A DNA stretch of 40,421 nucleotides, from the NCBI GenBank assembly GCA_031286045.1, contig JAITVA010000254.1, positions 1 to 40,421 on the forward strand. The letters run 5' to 3'. Of the stretch, positions 36,570-40,421 are shown piece after piece. Every line of letters starts with the position of its first letter. The stretch's first letter is position 1. The notes under the pieces were generated by a model. The model saw nothing but the letters and a program-made list of their open reading frames with translations. It did no database searches and was not told where the DNA came from. This DNA comes from Propionibacteriaceae bacterium. GTDB lineage: Bacteria; Actinomycetota; Actinomycetes; Propionibacteriales; Propionibacteriaceae. The position numbers and the translations under genes are program-made.

Positions 36570-37231
36570 GCCTGTACATTCTGGGGGACTCCCCCATCCA
36601 CCGCTGTCCAGCTTGGCTCAAACTCCTGGCCTTGGCACTGATCGGCAGCGTCGTCATGATCATCGACTCATGGCCGACACTGACCGCAGTCCTCGTCCTC
36701 ATCATCGGCGCCTATGTCCTCGCGCGTGTCCCATGGCACGCCTGCTGGCCCATGCTGCGCGCCATGATCATTTTCGTGGCCATCATCGCCGCTTGCCAGT
36801 GGCTATTCGGCTCAGCGGCGACGGTGGCGGTCGTGTCCATCCGGCTGACCTGTGTCATCATGGCCGCCAACTTAGTGACATGGACCACCAAAGTCAGCGA
36901 CCTGGTGGCCAGCATCGACGTGGCCGTCAGCCCGCTGACCCGCCTGGGTGTGCGCACCGACCGATTCAGTCTGGCCATCGCTTTGGCACTGCGGTTCATC
37001 CCCGTCATCGCCGAGCAGGGACGGCGCATTCGAGAAGCTCAGGCGGCACGCGGGGTCAGAGCACCGCTGACCTACCTGGCGCCGCTCATCATCAAGACTG
37101 TGCGCATGGCCGACGGCGTAGGGGACGCCCTTGAGTCTCGCGGAGCCGATCTGCGTCCGGTGACCACAGCCGGAACCCCTGCTTGTCCGAGCCGGCGAGC
37201 CTTCGTGGACACCGCCGATCACAGCGGCTAG
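36563..37231 (+). CDS. bioN: ECF transporter transmembrane (T) component, BioN/EcfT-like
   Basis: Hydrophobic 222-aa protein with the EcfT signature region LALRFIPVIAEQGRRIREAQAARG. The ATG at 36563 overlaps the TetR stop. Confidence 0.8.
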   Translation: MLSLYILGDSPIHRCPAWLKLLALALIGSVVMIIDSWPTLTAVLVLIIGAYVLARVPWHACWPMLRAMIIFVAIIAACQWLFGSAATVAVVSIRLTCVIMAANLVTWTTKVSDLVASIDVAVSPLTRLGVRTDRFSLAIALALRFIPVIAEQGRRIREAQAARGVRAPLTYLAPLIIKTVRMADGVGDALESRGADLRPVTTAGTPACPSRRAFVDTADHSG

Positions 37232-37242
37232 GCTGGTCTCAC

Positions 37243-37255
37243 TGAACACTGTTCA
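37243..37255. promoter_or_regulatory. BioQ-type operator TGAAC-ACT-GTTCA upstream of bioY
   Basis: Perfect 13-bp palindrome in the 53-nt bioN-bioY gap, 30 nt before the bioY ATG. Confidence 0.7.
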
Positions 37256-37284
37256 ATTGAGTTTCCCCAAGAGAAAGCCACTTC

Positions 37285-37959
37285 ATGCGTTCCAAAGACA
37301 TCGCCCTGATCGCCCTGTTCGCTGCCCTGACTTGCGTGCTCGGACTCACACCCGTGATCCCGCTGCCTGTGCTTGGTGTGACCTTCTCACTGCAAACCCT
37401 CGGCATGATCCTGGCCGGGGTCGTGCTCGGCGCCAAACGCGGCGCCCTGGCCATGCTCCTCGTCATCGTTTTGGTGGCGATCGGTCTGCCGGTGCTGACC
37501 GGCGGTCAAGGCGGCATCGCCAAACTCGTCGGCCCCACCGCCGGTTTCGTCTGGTCCTGGCCCATCGGCGCGCTGATCGCCGGAGGCCTGGTCGAACGCT
37601 GGTGGGCCCACCTGAACCTGGCCAAAGCCCTGGTCGCAGCCTTGCTCGGTTCGCTGTCGCTCTACGTTCTGGGACAGGTCTGGCTGGCCTGGAGCCTCCA
37701 TATCCCCGCCAGCGTCGCCAGCTGGTCGTGGCTGGTGTACGTCCCCGGTGACCTGGTCAAGTCCATCGTCGCCGCCCTCGTCGCCGTCACTGTCAAGAAG
37801 GCCTATCCGCTCATCACCGCGCGCCGCGACACCACGTCAGCCGATGCAGCCAAACCGCAGGGTGACACCGCGTCAAGCGATACAGACCAACTGTGGAGCG
37901 GCACAGCGTCGACGCCTGTCACCGTTGCCGCCAACGCGGAATCGAGCCCCGCCTCATGA
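37285..37959 (+). CDS. bioY: Biotin ECF transporter substrate-binding (S) component BioY
   Basis: BioY motifs TFSLQTLGMILAGVVLG, GLPVLTGGQGG, GPTAGFVWSWP, VPGDLVKS. Carries a ~45-aa Ser/Thr/Ala-rich C-terminal tail. Confidence 0.88.
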   Translation: MRSKDIALIALFAALTCVLGLTPVIPLPVLGVTFSLQTLGMILAGVVLGAKRGALAMLLVIVLVAIGLPVLTGGQGGIAKLVGPTAGFVWSWPIGALIAGGLVERWWAHLNLAKALVAALLGSLSLYVLGQVWLAWSLHIPASVASWSWLVYVPGDLVKSIVAALVAVTVKKAYPLITARRDTTSADAAKPQGDTASSDTDQLWSGTASTPVTVAANAESSPAS

Positions 37960-38648
37960 TCCGACTCGACCATGTCAGCCACCGTTATGGCGCACGTGAC
38001 GTGCTCCATGACCTGAACCTCGATCTGAGCGAGCACCGCATCGGTGTCGTCGGCAGCAATGGCTGCGGCAAGTCCACCTTGGCCAGGCTGTGCAACGGAC
38101 TGATCCTGCCCTCGTCTGGCGCGGTCAGCGTCGAGGGCCACGACACTGCCAAGGACAGCTCAGCCGTCCGGTCGCTGGTCGGTTTCGTCTTCCAGGACCC
38201 CGATCTGCAGATCATCATGCCCACCGTCGGCGAGGACCTGGCCTTCTCGCTTCGACCACACCGTCTTCCTAAAGCGGAGGTCGCCAAGCGAGTGGACCAA
38301 TGGTTGCATGCCTACGGATTGCAGTCGCACCGCGATCATCCGGCCCACCTCCTCTCCGGCGGCCAGAAACAACTGCTAGCTATCGCCGCAGTCCTCATCG
38401 CCGAGCCGCAGGTCGTCATATTTGACGAGCCCACCACCCTGCTCGACCTGGCCAACAAACGTCGAATCATGGACATCGTGCTCCGGCTTGACCAGCAGGT
38501 CATCGTCGTCACGCACGATCTGGAGTTCCTGACCGACTTCGACCGTGTGATCGTGCTGGACCAGGGTCGAGTGGTCTGTGATGATCGTCCTCAACCAGCA
38601 CTGGCCCACTACAGACGCTTGGCGCTTGGCGAGCCCCCGGTCTGCTGA
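37956..38648 (+). CDS. bioM: ECF transporter ATPase, BioM/EcfA-like
   Basis: Walker A GSNGCGKST, signature LSGGQKQL, Walker B VVIFDEPTTLLD. The ATG at 37956 forms an ATGA overlap with the bioY stop; the ORF track starts 21 codons earlier, inside bioY. Confidence 0.88.
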   Translation: MIRLDHVSHRYGARDVLHDLNLDLSEHRIGVVGSNGCGKSTLARLCNGLILPSSGAVSVEGHDTAKDSSAVRSLVGFVFQDPDLQIIMPTVGEDLAFSLRPHRLPKAEVAKRVDQWLHAYGLQSHRDHPAHLLSGGQKQLLAIAAVLIAEPQVVIFDEPTTLLDLANKRRIMDIVLRLDQQVIVVTHDLEFLTDFDRVIVLDQGRVVCDDRPQPALAHYRRLALGEPPVC

Positions 38649-38726
38649 AGGGGCGCAATCGGGGCGCAGGAACTAGACTGGGCACAACAAAGCGCCAGAA
38701 CTGTTGGTGTTATGGAGGAGGACCTT

Positions 38727-39611
38727 ATGCGATGGGTGGCACTGTCCGCGACCGGACGACTGGCTCAGGTCGAACTGACGACACCGATGAACACCGCCCG
38801 TGCCAATCTGGTCCCGACCCGCGTCGACCATGACGTGCTGATGTCGTGGACGGCAGCCGAAGACGGTTACGTCGGGGCTGTCAGTTCACGCGGCACTGCT
38901 TATCGGTTAGGTCTGTCCGATCTTCCGACCCTTGCGCCCAGTGGGCCTTGGTCACTGTGGGACGGCCCTTTGGCCCACGATCTGCTGTCGGCGTCCGACG
39001 ATGAGCACATCATCGGATTGTATTCTCTCGGCCTCGACGCCCCACCGTTGGCCTTGGGCACTCGTCGTGGCACGGTCAAACGAGTCGTTCCCGAATACAA
39101 AGGCTGGGACTCCTGGCAGGTGATGTCCGTCAAGGACGACGATGAGATCGTCGGTTCAAACGCCGCTGCGGATGGCGACGATCTGGTTGTCATCACCACC
39201 GATGCCCAGTTGTTGCGTCTGTCCGCCCGGGAGGTGCGTCCCCAAGGCCGCTCGGCCGGTGGCATGGCTGGCATCAAACTTGCGGAGGGTGCAGAGGTCA
39301 TCTTTTTCGGCGCCATCACCAAGGACGAGCGCGACGGTGCCATCGTCGCCACACTCGCGGTCGGCGCCGATTCTCCGGCCACCGTCAAGACGACAGCCTT
39401 TGACCAGTACCCCACTAAGGGACGGGCCACCGGTGGAGTGCGCACCCATCGTTTCCTCAAAGGCCAGCACCATCTGACACTGGCCTGGGCCGGTTTGCCC
39501 CCGGTCAGAGCCTGCGACGCGCAAGGCGCCCCACGCAACCTCCCTAGCTGTGATGATCGTCGCGACGGGACAGGGAGCAAGGTCTACGGCCCCTTCTACG
39601 CCCTGGGTTGA
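38727..39611 (+). CDS. Stand-alone GyrA/ParC C-terminal-domain-like (beta-pinwheel) protein
   Basis: Blade-like repeats such as LLRLSAREVRPQGRSAGGMAGIKLAEGAEVI and YPTKGRATGGVRTHRFLKG. No N-terminal breakage-reunion domain and no GyrA box. The ATG at 38727 has GGAGGAGG 5 nt upstream; an alternative ATG at 38712 lies within that SD. Confidence 0.7.
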   Translation: MRWVALSATGRLAQVELTTPMNTARANLVPTRVDHDVLMSWTAAEDGYVGAVSSRGTAYRLGLSDLPTLAPSGPWSLWDGPLAHDLLSASDDEHIIGLYSLGLDAPPLALGTRRGTVKRVVPEYKGWDSWQVMSVKDDDEIVGSNAAADGDDLVVITTDAQLLRLSAREVRPQGRSAGGMAGIKLAEGAEVIFFGAITKDERDGAIVATLAVGADSPATVKTTAFDQYPTKGRATGGVRTHRFLKGQHHLTLAWAGLPPVRACDAQGAPRNLPSCDDRRDGTGSKVYGPFYALG

Positions 39612-39653
39612 GCCGAATTCTCGCCCCAGGCTGTCCGGCCGGATACGGGCCCC

Positions 39654-40421
39654 TTATGCTGGAGTCACTGACGGGCTCAACAGCGCACGGATATCCGGAC
39701 CAATGTAGGTCGGACGCTGAACCGCCGGCCTGCCGACCAGATCAGCCACCGTATGCGAACCGGAGAGCACAAACAAACTGTCCCAGCCCGCATTGTTGGC
39801 GCCCTCGACATCCGTGTCGAGACGGTCACCGACGAAGAGTGGCCGAGTCCCGCCAATCCGACGCAGGGTCTCGTCCAGCAGCGGCCTCGCCGGTTTGCCG
39901 CCCATCACAGGCGAGTACCCCGGCAAGGCCTCACGCATCGCTTTGATGATTCCCCCCATCCCGATGGCTATGCCCTCGCCGGAAGGACGATTGAGGTCGT
40001 CATTGCAGGCGTACCAGGTGGCCCCCGCCTGCACCGCGAAACATCCCTGGTTGAGGTCCTCCCAGCGCAAGCTGGGGTCGTAGCCCAAACAGATCGCCGC
40101 CGTGGCACTCGACCGTGCCGTCACCGGACTCAACCCCACCGCCTTGAGCTCAACTGCCAACGCATCGGTCCCTAGGAGCAAGACTTCAGCGCCAGAAGGC
40201 AAGGACTCACCCATGATGCGGGCCGTCGCCTGGGCCGAGGTCACCACATCAGCGACCGTGCACTCGATGCCAAGACTGGTCAAATGATCCGCCACTGTCT
40301 GAGGGGAACGCTGGGCATTGTTCGTCACGAACCCCACCCGGACTCCGCGACGTCGGACCTCGGCGATGGTCTCGGGTGCGCCAGGAACAGCGTCAGCCCC
40401 CCGGTACACCACCCCATCCAG
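39654..40421 (-). CDS. HAD-IIA family phosphatase (NagD/Rv1692-like), 5'-truncated by the window edge
   Basis: The reverse complement of the last 24 nt reads LDGVVYRG, the HAD motif I region. The M at 40412 in the ORF track is therefore an internal GTG Val, and the gene continues beyond 40421. GDRLDTD motif near the C-terminus. Confidence 0.85.
   Translation of the reverse strand: MDGVVYRGADAVPGAPETIAEVRRRGVRVGFVTNNAQRSPQTVADHLTSLGIECTVADVVTSAQATARIMGESLPSGAEVLLLGTDALAVELKAVGLSPVTARSSATAAICLGYDPSLRWEDLNQGCFAVQAGATWYACNDDLNRPSGEGIAIGMGGIIKAMREALPGYSPVMGGKPARPLLDETLRRIGGTRPLFVGDRLDTDVEGANNAGWDSLFVLSGSHTVADLVGRPAVQRPTYIGPDIRALLSPSVTPA

Noticed and set aside
40410-40412. Apparent start codon of the HAD phosphatase ORF
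   Set aside because: It is a GTG encoding the second Val of the conserved LDGVVYRG motif. The reading frame stays open to the window edge, so the gene is truncated rather than starting here.

Overview
High-GC actinobacterial chromosomal window; I cannot name the species. Nearly everything is coding and most genes are on the minus strand. The backbone is a conserved actinobacterial housekeeping block in the same order as M. tuberculosis Rv1692-Rv1701 (from memory): HAD phosphatase (partial, runs off the right edge), a small ORF, tlyA, nadK, recN, then pyrG, a NUDIX hydrolase and xerD, followed here by secA. Three blocks interrupt this backbone. (1) Between recN and pyrG lies about 24.9 kb of accessory DNA. 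It holds a six-gene, translationally coupled operon (16478-31329): an iterative type I PKS/FAS related to PUFA synthases and enediyne PKSE, split over two giant proteins (ER-KS-AT-ACP-KR and KS-AT-DH-PPTase), then a free ACP, an alpha/beta hydrolase and an ABC-2 exporter. This is my best candidate for the undescribed system. Next to it is a 3095-aa surface protein with about 15 Big_1 Ig-like domains. (2) pncA sits between tlyA and nadK. (3) A TetR (BioQ-like) regulator and a bioN-bioY-bioM biotin ECF transporter carry two perfect TGAAC-N3-GTTCA operators, followed by an orphan GyrA/ParC C-terminal beta-pinwheel protein. A 60-nt hairpin-forming repeat family occurs as a tandem array after secA. 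It also occurs in inverted orientation and in frame inside the 5' end of xerD. I saw no tRNA, rRNA, CRISPR, transposase or phage genes. All calls come from reading motifs and the ORF track by eye. Domain borders are approximate (about +/-30 nt) and no database search was run.
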